64,000 nucleotides of DNA from an uncultured Gammaproteobacteria bacterium (GCA_964415025.1 CAYPXF010000003.1:41523-105522), one strand, 5' to 3'. Positions 20,828-31,772 are shown, counted from the stretch's first letter. Numbers and translations: made by a program. Notes: a model not told the origin generated them from the sequence alone.

Positions 20828-21350
20828 ACGTAGTATTTTTTTTGTCGCTGTAATTATCCTGGCACTTTGGCAGATCAGTTTTTGGTATGAATTTAGCTTA
20901 CTCCGTGTATATGTTTCGCCAATTATCCTCATCGCCATCATATTATCAGTGTGGCGTCCGATAAAAACGTCGCTTGTATTTATCCTGATCGCGGGTATTG
21001 TATTGGATATATATTCTGTCTACGCCTTTGGCATTATCACGGTCAGTCTGCTTATTGTGTACGTATTTATCCGAATAATATTTATGAAATTATTTGCCAG
21101 AAAAACAGTATATGCGCTGACGCTGACTATCGCATCAGGCACTATGCTATACCATTTGACTGCATGGCTTTTGGCTAACGGTACGTACTGGATAGGCTGG
21201 AGTGAAATTACCATGCCGCTTTCTATGACGCTAGCTAGAACGGTGATCGGGCAAGCAGTCGTGCACGCTTTGATCGCCGTGACCCTATATAGTATAATCA
21301 AGATCCTGAAGCGTAAGACAAATATCACCCCTTACACCATAACCTCCTAA
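20820..21350 (+). CDS. mreD: Rod shape-determining protein MreD
   Basis: Hydrophobic multi-TM protein with AGIVLD motif between mreC and mrdA. Confidence 0.75.
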   Translation: MLRRSIFFVAVIILALWQISFWYEFSLLRVYVSPIILIAIILSVWRPIKTSLVFILIAGIVLDIYSVYAFGIITVSLLIVYVFIRIIFMKLFARKTVYALTLTIASGTMLYHLTAWLLANGTYWIGWSEITMPLSMTLARTVIGQAVVHALIAVTLYSIIKILKRKTNITPYTITS

Positions 21351-21353
21351 CAT

Positions 21354-23279
21354 ATGGCAGCACGAGATATCTTTACTATTGGCGATCCGCTCGACGAGCG
21401 TGTTGACCGCTCATCAGAGAGAAGCGAATGGGTGGAAAATACCTACGTACCAAATGAAGCACAAAGCAATACCTACGTGTCTATGAATTTCAGCATGAAT
21501 AAAATAAGGTGGCTGTTGTTTGTCACGGTCGCAGCTTTCAGTATACTGGGATTTCGCATTGGTTACCTCCAAGTAGCAAAGGGCGATGAGTATCGGAGTG
21601 CCGCAGAGGAGAACAGAATACGTATTTATGATATTAAGGCTCCCCGAGGAATCCTATATGACAAAAACGGTGCCGTTCTTGCCAGAAATATTCCCAATTT
21701 TACGATGAATATCATACCTGGTGATCTTCCGGCCAACAGTACCGAGCGAATTAAGCTGTTTTGGCCGTTTGCCCAAGTGCTGGGTATCAGCGTTGATGAG
21801 ATTATGGCTAAAGTGCATGAGTTACCGGAACATTCCTATCAACAGCACGAGATATTTAAACATATCGACTATGATCAGGCAATATTGCTAAAAATACATT
21901 CAGCAGACACGCCTGGTGTTATAATCCAGGCGAGTACATTTAGAGAGTATATGGGCGGCGATCGCTTCAGCCACGCACTCGGCTATATGGGCAAGATTAC
22001 TGAATCAGAAAAAGAGCGCTATAGCTCATATGCGTTTGATGATTATGTTGGTAAGTCAGGAGTCGAGCTGTCATATGAATCGATTTTGCATGGTGAAAAC
22101 GGCTTGAAGCAGGTCGAGGTCGACTCGTTTGGTAAGGAAAGTAAAGTTATCACAGAATCAGAACCAGTCCATGGCACTAATCTGACACTAACGCTGGATA
22201 AAGATATTCAGGATGCTTTGGGCGAAGCGCTAGCAGACATGGTCGAGCGTACACCAAGCGCAACTGGAGGAGCGGCTATTGCTATGGATCCAAACAACGG
22301 CGAAGTACTTGCGCTTCTGTCGTATCCGTATTTTTCCAATAATGATTTTACCGTGGGATTAACCACCAGTGAGTATCAAGACATTACCAACGCGGAAAAT
22401 AAACCGTTGTTTAACCGTGCTGTTTCAGCCGAATACCCATCTGGTTCGACGATTAAGCCGGTCGTCGCTCTCGCTGGACTGGCAGAGGGCGTAATAACGA
22501 GCCACACGACTATTAATAGTACCGGCGGGATCCGTATTGGCCAGTGGTTTTTTCCTGATTGGAAAGCCGGAGGACACGGCCAAACTGATGTCAAAAAGGC
22601 TATTGCCGAGTCTGTTAACACTTTTTTTTATGCTATTGGCGGGGGGTATGAAGATATTGAGGGTTTAGGAGTCGACCGGATCAAACAGTATTTAGAATTA
22701 TTTGGCCTCAATGCGTTGCTTGGTATTGACATACCAGGTGAGCAAACGGGATTTTTACCTACTAAGCAGTGGAAAGAAGACACTAAAAACGAACGTTGGT
22801 ATATCGGCGACACCTACCATCTTAGCATAGGTCAGGGCGATATACTGGTGACGCCGCTGCAAGTAGCAGCCTATACCGCCACTATTGCCAACGGCGGGAC
22901 GCTGTATCAGCCTCGAGTAATAAAAAAAATGTCAAAAAGCAATGATGAGACTGAAACCGAAGTGCCGCCAACAATTATCCGTGATAATTTCATATCGGCA
23001 AAACATTTTGAAATAGTACGACAGGGATTGCGGGATGGCGTGCTGTATGGTAGTTCTCGAGCGCTAAACGCACTGCCCTTTTCAGTAGCTGGCAAGACCG
23101 GCACTGCACAATTTGGCAACAAAGGGCATACGCACGCGTGGTTTACCAGTTTTGCGCCTTATGAAGACCCGGAAATTGTGGTGACGGTAGTTATCGAGGG
23201 GGGTGGAGAAGGTCATGCCGCGGCCTTACCAGTGGCCAGAGCAGGCCTAGAAGCGTGGTTTGAGCATTACAAGCAGTAA
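21354..23279 (+). CDS. mrdA: Penicillin-binding protein 2
   Basis: STIK (SxxK), SVN (SxN), KTG motifs; APRGILYD. Confidence 0.95.
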   Translation: MAARDIFTIGDPLDERVDRSSERSEWVENTYVPNEAQSNTYVSMNFSMNKIRWLLFVTVAAFSILGFRIGYLQVAKGDEYRSAAEENRIRIYDIKAPRGILYDKNGAVLARNIPNFTMNIIPGDLPANSTERIKLFWPFAQVLGISVDEIMAKVHELPEHSYQQHEIFKHIDYDQAILLKIHSADTPGVIIQASTFREYMGGDRFSHALGYMGKITESEKERYSSYAFDDYVGKSGVELSYESILHGENGLKQVEVDSFGKESKVITESEPVHGTNLTLTLDKDIQDALGEALADMVERTPSATGGAAIAMDPNNGEVLALLSYPYFSNNDFTVGLTTSEYQDITNAENKPLFNRAVSAEYPSGSTIKPVVALAGLAEGVITSHTTINSTGGIRIGQWFFPDWKAGGHGQTDVKKAIAESVNTFFYAIGGGYEDIEGLGVDRIKQYLELFGLNALLGIDIPGEQTGFLPTKQWKEDTKNERWYIGDTYHLSIGQGDILVTPLQVAAYTATIANGGTLYQPRVIKKMSKSNDETETEVPPTIIRDNFISAKHFEIVRQGLRDGVLYGSSRALNALPFSVAGKTGTAQFGNKGHTHAWFTSFAPYEDPEIVVTVVIEGGGEGHAAALPVARAGLEAWFEHYKQ

Positions 23280-23288
23280 CAACACCTC

Positions 23289-23332
23289 TGTGGATAAATG
23301 ATTTTGACAAAGTTTGCAAGTCATAGTATAAG
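23289..23332 (+). promoter_or_regulatory. sigma70-type promoter of greA with adjacent DnaA-box consensus
   Basis: TGTGGATAA 23289-23297; TTGACA 23304-23309, 17 bp, TATAAG 23327-23332. Confidence 0.6.
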
Positions 23333-23418
23333 TAATATTAGCCACAAAATAAGAAAACAAGAACTATTAAACATGAGTACAACCGAGTTTACTCGGATTT
23401 ATTCTTTTGTATAAGTAT

Positions 23419-23886
23419 ATGAATGAAAACAACACCTACATAACTGAACAGGGCTTGACCAAGCTCAAACAAGAGTATGATAATCTTGTCAATATTCGTC
23501 GGCAAGAGATTGCTGAACGCATTCGAGATGCCAAGGAATTAGGAGATTTATCAGAAAATGCCGAATACGCTGAAGCTAAAAACGAACAGTCTTTTATCGA
23601 AGGTAGAATTCAGGAGATTGAGTCAATTCTGCGCCACGCCACTGTTATTAAGGAATCAAACGAAAAAAAGGACAAAGTAGAGGTTGGATCTAAAATTAAG
23701 ATAAAAGATGGGGATGCTGTTAAAGAATACTATATTGTGGGCTCAAATGAATCTGACCCCACCAAGGGTAAAATATCAAATGAATCTCCGCTGGGTAAAG
23801 CCTTTCTCGGTAAAAAACCAGGCGATACTATAGAAATTGACCTGCCCACCGGCGTCAAAAAGTATAAAATTCAGGCAATTTACTAG
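23419..23886 (+). CDS. greA: Transcription elongation factor GreA
   Basis: GDLSENAEY, ISNESPLGKA. Confidence 0.97.
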   Translation: MNENNTYITEQGLTKLKQEYDNLVNIRRQEIAERIRDAKELGDLSENAEYAEAKNEQSFIEGRIQEIESILRHATVIKESNEKKDKVEVGSKIKIKDGDAVKEYYIVGSNESDPTKGKISNESPLGKAFLGKKPGDTIEIDLPTGVKKYKIQAIY

Positions 23887-23948
23887 GAGTGTTGCAACGG
23901 TTGCGATATTGCCGTTATGCTTTGTTTTTGCTATGCTAGAGCATATAT

Positions 23949-25415
23949 ATGAGTCGACAACAAGAAGAATATACCATCAGAAAGCAAAAACTACAGCAGG
24001 CTCAAAATGCTGGCGTTAATGTTTTTCCGGCACGTATCAACCGTACGCACAGCGTGTATGAAACTATAGCTTCATTTGAACAGATTAGCGCTGACCAAAA
24101 CAATATTGCGATTGCGGGCAGACTTATGTCAATCAGGCTACACGGCGGATCCTGTTTTGCGCACCTGTATGACGGCACCGCTACCATACAGGTGTACTTT
24201 AAAAAAGACGAGGTTGGGCCAGATAGGTACCAACAGCTTAAGGAGTTTGCCGATATGGGTGATTTTGTCCAGTGTGCCGGTACTTTGTTTATGACGAGAA
24301 AAGGCGAGCAAACACTCCTGGTAAAATCATTTGACCTCATCGCCAAGGCGTTATTACCTTTACCAGAAAAATGGCATGGTCTTTCAGATACTGAAATTAG
24401 GTACCGTAAACGGTACCTGGATCTGCTCGCTAATCAGAGTGTTAAGCATGTTTTTATTAAGCGGGCCGGCATTGTCAAAGCGATCAGGACCGCCCTAGAT
24501 AACGCTGGTTTTATTGAAGTAGAGACACCAGTACTTCAGCCAATCCCCGGTGGAGCAAATGCCCAACCTTTTGTCACGCACCACAATGCGCTTGACCATG
24601 ATTTTTACCTGCGGATCGCTCCGGAATTATACCTTAAACGATTAATTGTTGGCGGCATGAATAAGGTCTACGAGTTTGCCCGTTGCTTTCGTAACGAGGG
24701 GATAGACCGCGAACATAATCCAGAGTTCACCCAGGTTGAGTTTTATGCGGCTTATTGGGATTACCAGCGTATGATGGAATTTACGCAAACCCTTATCCAT
24801 GACGTTGTGCAGGCAGTAGAAAAAAACAGCAGCATAGAGTATAAGGGCGTTGCAATTAATTTTACCCCACCATTTGATCAATTAACATTTCACGACGCCA
24901 TATTAAAATATACCAAAATCAACCTTCATAAACATACTCCCGAAAGTTTAATTAACCAAACAAAAAAACTGTCAGTTGACCTACCCAAAAATCCTCACAA
25001 GGGAAAAGTGCTCGATGAATTGTTTAAAACATTGGTACGGCCGCATTTGCTCCAGCCCACGTTTATTATTGATCATCCTATTGAACTATCACCGCTGGCC
25101 AAGAAAAAAGCGGACAATGAAAAATACGTCGAACGTTTCCAGCTTCTCTGTGGCGGCACTGAAGTATGCAATGCCTTTTCAGAGCTAAATGACCCGCTCG
25201 AGCAGGAAGACCGTTTTCAAGAGCAGGAACAACAGCGTACTGCCGGCGATGAAGAGGCACAGCGCGCTGACCACGCTTTTATTGAAGCACTATCCCATGG
25301 CATGCCGCCCACTGCCGGAATCGGGATTGGTATAGACCGGTTGACTGCGATTATTACTAATCAGTCAAATCTAAAAGAGGTCATGCTTTTTCCGACGCTA
25401 AAACCTAAACAATGA
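23949..25415 (+). CDS. lysS: Lysyl-tRNA synthetase (class II)
   Basis: LPEKWHGL, YLRIAPELYLKRL, FRNEG, GMPPTAGIGIGIDRL. Confidence 0.97.
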   Translation: MSRQQEEYTIRKQKLQQAQNAGVNVFPARINRTHSVYETIASFEQISADQNNIAIAGRLMSIRLHGGSCFAHLYDGTATIQVYFKKDEVGPDRYQQLKEFADMGDFVQCAGTLFMTRKGEQTLLVKSFDLIAKALLPLPEKWHGLSDTEIRYRKRYLDLLANQSVKHVFIKRAGIVKAIRTALDNAGFIEVETPVLQPIPGGANAQPFVTHHNALDHDFYLRIAPELYLKRLIVGGMNKVYEFARCFRNEGIDREHNPEFTQVEFYAAYWDYQRMMEFTQTLIHDVVQAVEKNSSIEYKGVAINFTPPFDQLTFHDAILKYTKINLHKHTPESLINQTKKLSVDLPKNPHKGKVLDELFKTLVRPHLLQPTFIIDHPIELSPLAKKKADNEKYVERFQLLCGGTEVCNAFSELNDPLEQEDRFQEQEQQRTAGDEEAQRADHAFIEALSHGMPPTAGIGIGIDRLTAIITNQSNLKEVMLFPTLKPKQ

Positions 25416-25419
25416 GTAG

Positions 25420-25983
25420 ATGAATATTGATACTGACAGAGATAGGGCCATCCAACTGCTGCATGCATACGTAGTCAATGATAATTTACGCAAGCATATG
25501 TATGCTGTTGAAGTGGCTATGCGGGCGTACGCGCAAATATACAGTGAAGATACTGACTGGTGGGGGAATATCGGCCTACTCCATGATTTTGACTATGAAA
25601 AATACCCTGCTGCTGCGGACCATCCTGATAAAGGTGGTGAAATTCTGCGCGCCAAAGGGTATACCGATGAATACATCAAGACCATACGGGCCCATGCGGA
25701 TCACACCGGCGAGCCCAGAGACACCACGGCAAAAAAAGCAATTTTTGCGGTCGATGAACTATGCGGACTGATTGTGGCTACGGCGCTGGTCAAGCCACAT
25801 AAATCGTTGTCAGAAGTATCCGTAAAATCGATCAAGAAAAAAATAAAAGACAGGTCATTTGCCCGACAAATAAACCGTGATGAGATTGAGAAGGGGGCAG
25901 CAGATCTTGATATAGCATTGGACGATCACATTGATATAGTACTCAAATCACTCCAATCCATCGCACCAAAACTTGGCTTATAA
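25420..25983 (+). CDS. HD-domain phosphohydrolase
   Basis: H...GLLHDFDYE, DELCGLI. Confidence 0.88.
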   Translation: MNIDTDRDRAIQLLHAYVVNDNLRKHMYAVEVAMRAYAQIYSEDTDWWGNIGLLHDFDYEKYPAAADHPDKGGEILRAKGYTDEYIKTIRAHADHTGEPRDTTAKKAIFAVDELCGLIVATALVKPHKSLSEVSVKSIKKKIKDRSFARQINRDEIEKGAADLDIALDDHIDIVLKSLQSIAPKLGL

Positions 25984-25996
25984 TTTACATATACTT

Positions 25997-26476
25997 ATGG
26001 CTATTTCCGCGGATTTAAACCAAATTGAAATCATTATTCGATTGCTGCTGATAATTATTTTATCAGGCCTAATCGGTATTGAACGAAAGCATTACCATAA
26101 GCCAGCCGGATTTCGGACCAATGTCATGGTCGGTCTTGGTTCAGCAATTATTGCGATGACTGCTCTGAATATTTTTCAGTACTTTAATCCCAGTAACACG
26201 ATGGATATCGGCCGCATGGTCGGGCAGATTATTACTGGTATTGGCTTTCTCGGCGCCGGCGCCATAATCCAGAGTCGGGGAGCAGTACATGGCTTAACTA
26301 CGGCGGCCAGTATCTGGGTTGTAGCCGCAATAGGCCTGGCCACCGGACTGGGATTTTACTGGCTGGCAGTGTCTGGTACCATCGCAGCCCTGGCGGTTTT
26401 GATTATTCTCGGTCGGATTGAGCATAAGCTTGAAAACAAAATGTTTCATGAAGAAAAAGAAGAATCTGTTAAATAA
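25997..26476 (+). CDS. MgtC/SapB family membrane protein
   Basis: IGIER...AGFRT, GIGFLGAGAI, GLTTAASIW. Confidence 0.93.
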   Translation: MAISADLNQIEIIIRLLLIIILSGLIGIERKHYHKPAGFRTNVMVGLGSAIIAMTALNIFQYFNPSNTMDIGRMVGQIITGIGFLGAGAIIQSRGAVHGLTTAASIWVVAAIGLATGLGFYWLAVSGTIAALAVLIILGRIEHKLENKMFHEEKEESVK

Positions 26477-26482
26477 TATTGT

Positions 26483-27748
26483 ATGCTTGATATTAAATTC
26501 CTACAACAGCATACTGACGAGGCCGCCAAAGCACTCGCTACCCGCGGGGTTGATATTGGTGTGATACACACCGTATTGGCGCTGGATGAGAAGCGGCGTT
26601 CCTTGATTGCTAAAACAGACGAAATAAAAAAAGAAAAAAACAAGTTTTCAAAAAAAATCGGAAATCTTAAACCGGCAGAGAAAAAGCAACGCTTGCAGCA
26701 TATGGAGCGGTTAACCGCCACCGAGCATAAAATTGACGCCGAATTAAAAGCTATCGACCAGCAGATTAAAGAAAAACTGCTGCAACTGCCCAATATTCCT
26801 GATTCACGAACACCATCCGGCAATGATGAGTCAGAAAACCGGGAAATAAAAGCAGTCGGCGACAAACCAGCTTTTGACTATGAACCGCGTGATTATATGC
26901 AGCTGGCTTCCCGGCATGACATGATCGACACAGAACGCGCGGCAAAGGTAAGCGGCTCACGGTTTGGGTATTTAAAAAACGATGGCGCTCTGCTCTGGAA
27001 TGCACTCGTACAATACACACTCCACATCCTTATAAAAAAAGAATTTACACCGTTTTATTCACCTGCGCTGATAAAAGAGCAAATCATGTATGCTACAGGC
27101 TATAATACGTATACAGAGGGTCAGGATGCGTATTATTTGGCGCAAGACAAACTATTCCTGGTCGGCACTGGCGAACACGCGCTGCTGCCGTACCATCGGG
27201 ATGAAATTCTCGACCAGAACAAACTCCCCCTGCGCTATACCACGTACTCTGCCTGTTTTCGCCGGGAGGCTGGTTCATATGGAAAAGATACCAAAGGTAT
27301 CTTACGAGTTCATCAGTTCGATAAACAAGAACTGCTGGCTATCACCATGCCTGACCAGAGCCAGGCTATGTTTGACGAGTTGCTTGGTATTCAGGAACAG
27401 ATTATTAGTTCGCTGGAATTGCCGTACCGCTTACTAGCCGTTTGTACCGGTGACCTGCCCAGGCCATCGTCACGGGTCATTGATCTGGAATGCTGGCTAC
27501 CGTCAGAAAACAAATATCGTGAAACGCATTCAGTATCAAACTGTACCGACTACCAAGCCCGGCGTAATGCCATCAGGGTCAAAACAAATGCTAACAAAAA
27601 AATTAATCCACATGTGCTCAATGCCACTGCTATCACGCCACGAGTCCTGATTGCGCTCATCGAAAACTACCAACAGGCTGATGGCAGTATCAATATACCA
27701 AGGCCGCTTCAGCAATATATGTTCGGCAAAACAAAAATATCCACATGA
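26483..27748 (+). CDS. serS: Seryl-tRNA synthetase
   Basis: MLDIK, CFRREAG, GILRVHQF, SNCTDYQARR. Confidence 0.97.
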   Translation: MLDIKFLQQHTDEAAKALATRGVDIGVIHTVLALDEKRRSLIAKTDEIKKEKNKFSKKIGNLKPAEKKQRLQHMERLTATEHKIDAELKAIDQQIKEKLLQLPNIPDSRTPSGNDESENREIKAVGDKPAFDYEPRDYMQLASRHDMIDTERAAKVSGSRFGYLKNDGALLWNALVQYTLHILIKKEFTPFYSPALIKEQIMYATGYNTYTEGQDAYYLAQDKLFLVGTGEHALLPYHRDEILDQNKLPLRYTTYSACFRREAGSYGKDTKGILRVHQFDKQELLAITMPDQSQAMFDELLGIQEQIISSLELPYRLLAVCTGDLPRPSSRVIDLECWLPSENKYRETHSVSNCTDYQARRNAIRVKTNANKKINPHVLNATAITPRVLIALIENYQQADGSINIPRPLQQYMFGKTKIST

Positions 27749-28878
27749 AGCACGCACATACCACCTGGGTAGCGGTGAGTAGCACAGCCCTGAAAAAAAA
27801 CATCCAGCAGTTTAAAAAAATTGTCGGCCCGCATACAGAGCTCATGGCTGTAGTGAAATCAAATGCCTACGGCCATGGTATGATCGAATCCGCGAAACTG
27901 TTCAAAAAATATGGCTGCGCCTGGATTGGCACTGTGGATTTAGAAGAAGCTACTATTTTACGTACCGCAGGATATAGGGGTAATTTGCTAGTATTGAGCT
28001 ACTACTCGCAGGACAAGCTCAAACAGGCAATCCGTCAAAATATTCAGCTGACCATATATCACGAATCAGCCGCTAAGCGTATTTCCGCGCTGGCCAAGCG
28101 CATGCGCCGTACCGCTCATGTTCATGTCAAGGCAGATACCGGCACGTCACGCCTCGGTCTGCCATATCAGACTGCCGCGTCAGTGATTACAAAAATAAAC
28201 CAGCTGCCAAACATAGCAATCAATGGCCTTTTTACACATTTAGCAGACGCGGAAAACCCGGATCAAGCATTTACCAGCATACAGCAGCAGCGATTTGAAT
28301 CACTACTCCAAGCGCTTCGTCGAAAAAACATTTCCATCCCGTATAAGCATATTGCCTGTTCAGCGGCGACAATCCTGAACCAACATACTCACTATGATTT
28401 AGTGCGTCTCGGCATCTCTGCATATGGTCTGTGGTCAGTCCAGGGAACCCAACATATCAGAAGTCAAGTCGATCTCATACCCGCCTTATCATGGCATACC
28501 CGCGTACTGCAGGTAAAAACAATTGCCAAAGGCGAGACAGTTGGCTATAACCGGACCTACCGAGCCAAGCATAAGATGCGTATAGCTGTTATCCCGGTTG
28601 GCTATCACGAGGGGTATGATCGTTCATTGTCGAACAAATCAGCGGTACTGATCAACGGCCGGCGCTGTTCGGTGCGAGGCAATGTCTGCATGAATCTGAC
28701 CATGGTCGACATCACTAACATCAGGCAAACAGTGCGTCCCGGCACTATTGCCACACTGATCGGAAAACAGGGAAAACAAGAAATTACAGCAGATGAATTG
28801 TCACAGCAGGCTGGCACTATTAATTACGAAATTGTCGCTCGTATCCATCCATCTCTGCCTCGAATATATACTAAGTAA
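27745..28878 (+). CDS. alr: Alanine racemase
   Basis: AVVKSNAYGHG, DTGTSRLG, GYHEGY, GTINYE. Confidence 0.96.
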   Translation: MKHAHTTWVAVSSTALKKNIQQFKKIVGPHTELMAVVKSNAYGHGMIESAKLFKKYGCAWIGTVDLEEATILRTAGYRGNLLVLSYYSQDKLKQAIRQNIQLTIYHESAAKRISALAKRMRRTAHVHVKADTGTSRLGLPYQTAASVITKINQLPNIAINGLFTHLADAENPDQAFTSIQQQRFESLLQALRRKNISIPYKHIACSAATILNQHTHYDLVRLGISAYGLWSVQGTQHIRSQVDLIPALSWHTRVLQVKTIAKGETVGYNRTYRAKHKMRIAVIPVGYHEGYDRSLSNKSAVLINGRRCSVRGNVCMNLTMVDITNIRQTVRPGTIATLIGKQGKQEITADELSQQAGTINYEIVARIHPSLPRIYTK

Positions 28879-28891
28879 TTAATTATCATCT

Positions 28892-29101
28892 ATGGCCGAG
28901 GAAAAGCAAACGTTTAACAAAGGTGACCAAGTGCCCGAAGCAGGGGAGTATATCTGCGTACCCTGCGGGTATAAACACGCCTACCATCCCGGGGAAACAT
29001 TTGGCGAATGCACTTCTTGTTTGGCTGGTTCAGCTGATGGCGATCCGGAGTTTGTCGAGGGGTCAGCTATTTGGGAAAAAATCGGCGAACCCCAAGCGTA
29101 A
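28892..29101 (+). CDS. Small zinc-ribbon/rubredoxin-like protein
   Basis: GEYICVPCG...CTSC; sits tightly between alr and ddl. Confidence 0.7.
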   Translation: MAEEKQTFNKGDQVPEAGEYICVPCGYKHAYHPGETFGECTSCLAGSADGDPEFVEGSAIWEKIGEPQA

Positions 29102-29125
29102 GCAGGTTGCCTAATTATCAACAGT

Positions 29126-30244
29126 ATGGCACAAAAAAAACGTGTCGGTGTTATATTCGGCGGACGATCTGGCGAGCATGAAGTATCGCTTGTTTCAGCA
29201 CGCTCGGTAATACGGGCACTAAGCAGCGATCAATATGACATTATTCAGATAGGCATAGCTAAAAACGGCGCTTGTATTGTCCATAATAATCCGCTTAAAC
29301 GCCTGTCGCACGCCACTCCTGAAACAGAATTCCGATCCGAGGCTGTCATCATGCCAGAACCAGACCATCCCGGTATCGCCATACTGTCAGGCAATACCCA
29401 CAAAGACATTGACGTATTTTTCCCTCTGATACACGGCTCTTATGGCGAGGACGGCACGCTTCAGGGATTGCTCGAACTGGCCAATAAACCCTATGTCGGC
29501 AGTAATGTGCTTGGCGCAGCAGTGGCTATGGATAAAGTTATACAAAAACAAATCTGCCAACAAAATAATATACCCGTCGTATCGTACGTGGCCGTGCACA
29601 CCGCAGATACTGACAAGCAAAGACAACAAGCACTCCGTCAGGCTGAATTAATCGGGTACCCGCTTTTTATTAAACCGGCTAATCTGGGTTCTTCTGTCGG
29701 CATTACTAAGGCGCACACCAATGACGAAATGATAGCAGGTATTCAATTGGCCACGCGCTATGACCACAAAACCATCATCGAGCAAGGCATCGAACCAGTG
29801 CATGAAATAGAGATTGCCGTGCTCGGCAATGAACGACCGCGCGCATCAGTGCCTGGAGAAATTGTTGCTTCAAACGAATTTTACGATTACGACGCAAAAT
29901 ACGTAGACGGTAAATCCACTCATGTTATACCAGCCCAACTGCCTGAAGACGTGCTGTCATCACTCCAAGCAATGGCGATCAAGGCATTTCAGGTCTGCAA
30001 TTGCAACGGCATGGCTCGGGTGGATTTCCTCGTGCACCAAAAAACTTATGCATCGTACTGTAATGAAATAAACACGATTCCCGGATTTACCTCTATTTCT
30101 ATGTATGCCAAACTATGGGAAGCCAGCGGCTTACCGTACCGGAAGCTGTTACAGAAACTAATTAAGCTCGGTATTATACGGCACCAAAATAATCAAAATC
30201 TTATTCATACATATTTACCTAAGAATAACTGGCACCAGCAATAA
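29126..30244 (+). CDS. ddl: D-alanine--D-alanine ligase
   Basis: FGGRSGEHEVS, HGSYGEDG, KPANLGSSVG, NEINTIPGFT. Confidence 0.97.
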   Translation: MAQKKRVGVIFGGRSGEHEVSLVSARSVIRALSSDQYDIIQIGIAKNGACIVHNNPLKRLSHATPETEFRSEAVIMPEPDHPGIAILSGNTHKDIDVFFPLIHGSYGEDGTLQGLLELANKPYVGSNVLGAAVAMDKVIQKQICQQNNIPVVSYVAVHTADTDKQRQQALRQAELIGYPLFIKPANLGSSVGITKAHTNDEMIAGIQLATRYDHKTIIEQGIEPVHEIEIAVLGNERPRASVPGEIVASNEFYDYDAKYVDGKSTHVIPAQLPEDVLSSLQAMAIKAFQVCNCNGMARVDFLVHQKTYASYCNEINTIPGFTSISMYAKLWEASGLPYRKLLQKLIKLGIIRHQNNQNLIHTYLPKNNWHQQ

Positions 30245-31087
30245 ATGTCCCCACGATCAAAAAACTTTCGCCAGCGTGTCCGCCACACCTCTTCTAACCC
30301 CATGTTCACCAGAAAAACATGGCGGCATGTGGTGATCGAGCATTTTGGTACGTTCGCTTTATTATCAGTACTGACTTTTTTAGTGATCCTATATATTGGA
30401 CTATACTCTCCAGTATTACAAATACACCGTGTGGAAATCAGCGGCATCCCAGATGCGCAGGCTATCAGTGTCAGAGACGATATGGTGCTCTGGCAAATGC
30501 AGCAGCGACGTTGGATAATATTTCCACAGGATAATCTCATCATGTTCAGTAAAAACTGGCTCCGGGAAAACATCGGCCAGGAATTTGACCCCCAATCCAT
30601 ACAAATTGATAAGCAGTTTCCGGATTCGATTAATATTACTATAACCGAAAAAGACCCATCACTCGTTTGGAAAACAGAAGATCAGTACTATTATATAGAT
30701 CCTGCGGGTATTGTCTCGGCCGCAACTGTTTCAGCAGAGACGGGGCAGGAGAGCTTCGCATATCCTGTACTAATCGATGAGTCAAATACCGCGGTACAGC
30801 CAGGCGACCAGGCCTTATCACCGGATAAGGTAGCCTTTACCGCGATTTTATACCAATCATTGTCTGAATTCACCGAACCTTCTATCGCACATTTTTATAC
30901 GCCGCACCAATTAAGTCCGCGTATTAACGTATCGACGCATAACGGTTATTCACTCTACTTCGACTCATCAAAATCTGTAGACGGCCAAATACTGAAACTG
31001 CGTGAAATCATGGAAAAAAAGGCAGCTGACCAGCCACCACAGCAGTATATCGATCTTCGTATCGGCGACAAAGTTTATATCAAATAA
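30245..31087 (+). CDS. ftsQ: Cell division protein FtsQ/DivIB family
   Basis: N-terminal TM, POTRA-like region, C-terminal YIDLR; follows ddl. Confidence 0.78.
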   Translation: MSPRSKNFRQRVRHTSSNPMFTRKTWRHVVIEHFGTFALLSVLTFLVILYIGLYSPVLQIHRVEISGIPDAQAISVRDDMVLWQMQQRRWIIFPQDNLIMFSKNWLRENIGQEFDPQSIQIDKQFPDSINITITEKDPSLVWKTEDQYYYIDPAGIVSAATVSAETGQESFAYPVLIDESNTAVQPGDQALSPDKVAFTAILYQSLSEFTEPSIAHFYTPHQLSPRINVSTHNGYSLYFDSSKSVDGQILKLREIMEKKAADQPPQQYIDLRIGDKVYIK

Positions 31088-31088
31088 T

Positions 31089-31772
31089 ATGCCGACCAAA
31101 CAGCACCTACTAATAAAAAGAAGAAGATTTGGCTTTCGCCAACCGGCATTGAAATGTCCAAACAGTGCCCCCGCTGCTTCTGGCTCCGTTACCATAAGAA
31201 AATATACCAGCCCGAAGGCATCGTTTCGCGACTGGCAAACCGTTTCGACGGAGTAGTCAAATGCTATTTTGACCTCTACCGCGGCACCGACAACCTGCAG
31301 CCAATGGTACAGGACAAAGTTCAGGGGACAATGCAGCATCCGTTCCAGGAGAAATATTTTTATTCATTCAATGAAAAGTACGGCTTTTGGGGTAAGTTGG
31401 ATGAATGTTTAGTTACAGAAGATAAACACTATACGCCAGTGGACCATAAAACAGCCAGCTCTGATCCCAAGACCAAACCGATGATTCCGGCCTACCAAAC
31501 GCAATTGGACAGCTACGGCTTGCTCCTGGAAAAAAAACGACCGCCCGCCGTCAGGTATCGGCCACCTTATCTATTTTTATCCGGCAGACGGAAAAGAGCT
31601 GCACCAAGGATTTCCTATGGAGGTAACGGTTAAGACCCTGGAGGTCAAACCCCAGCGCGCCCTGACTGAACTGATGAAATCCATCAGTATTTTAGAGGGC
31701 AACATCCCGCACCCAAATAAGGATTGTCCGTTCTGCGACTGGCATGAAACAATAAAAAAAGAATTAAAATAA
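31089..31772 (+). pseudogene. PD-(D/E)XK Cas4-like nuclease split by two opposite single-base frameshifts
   Basis: WLSPTGIEMSKQCPRCFW, GKLD...VDHKT, QLDSY in one frame; ATG 31089 and C-terminal ...DCPFCDW...TAA(31772) in another; shifts at A runs ~31098 and 31530-31537. Confidence 0.75.

Noticed and set aside
31089-31772. CRISPR-Cas locus around the Cas4-like gene
   Set aside because: No cas1/cas2 and no repeat-spacer array seen; stand-alone PD-(D/E)XK genes are common.
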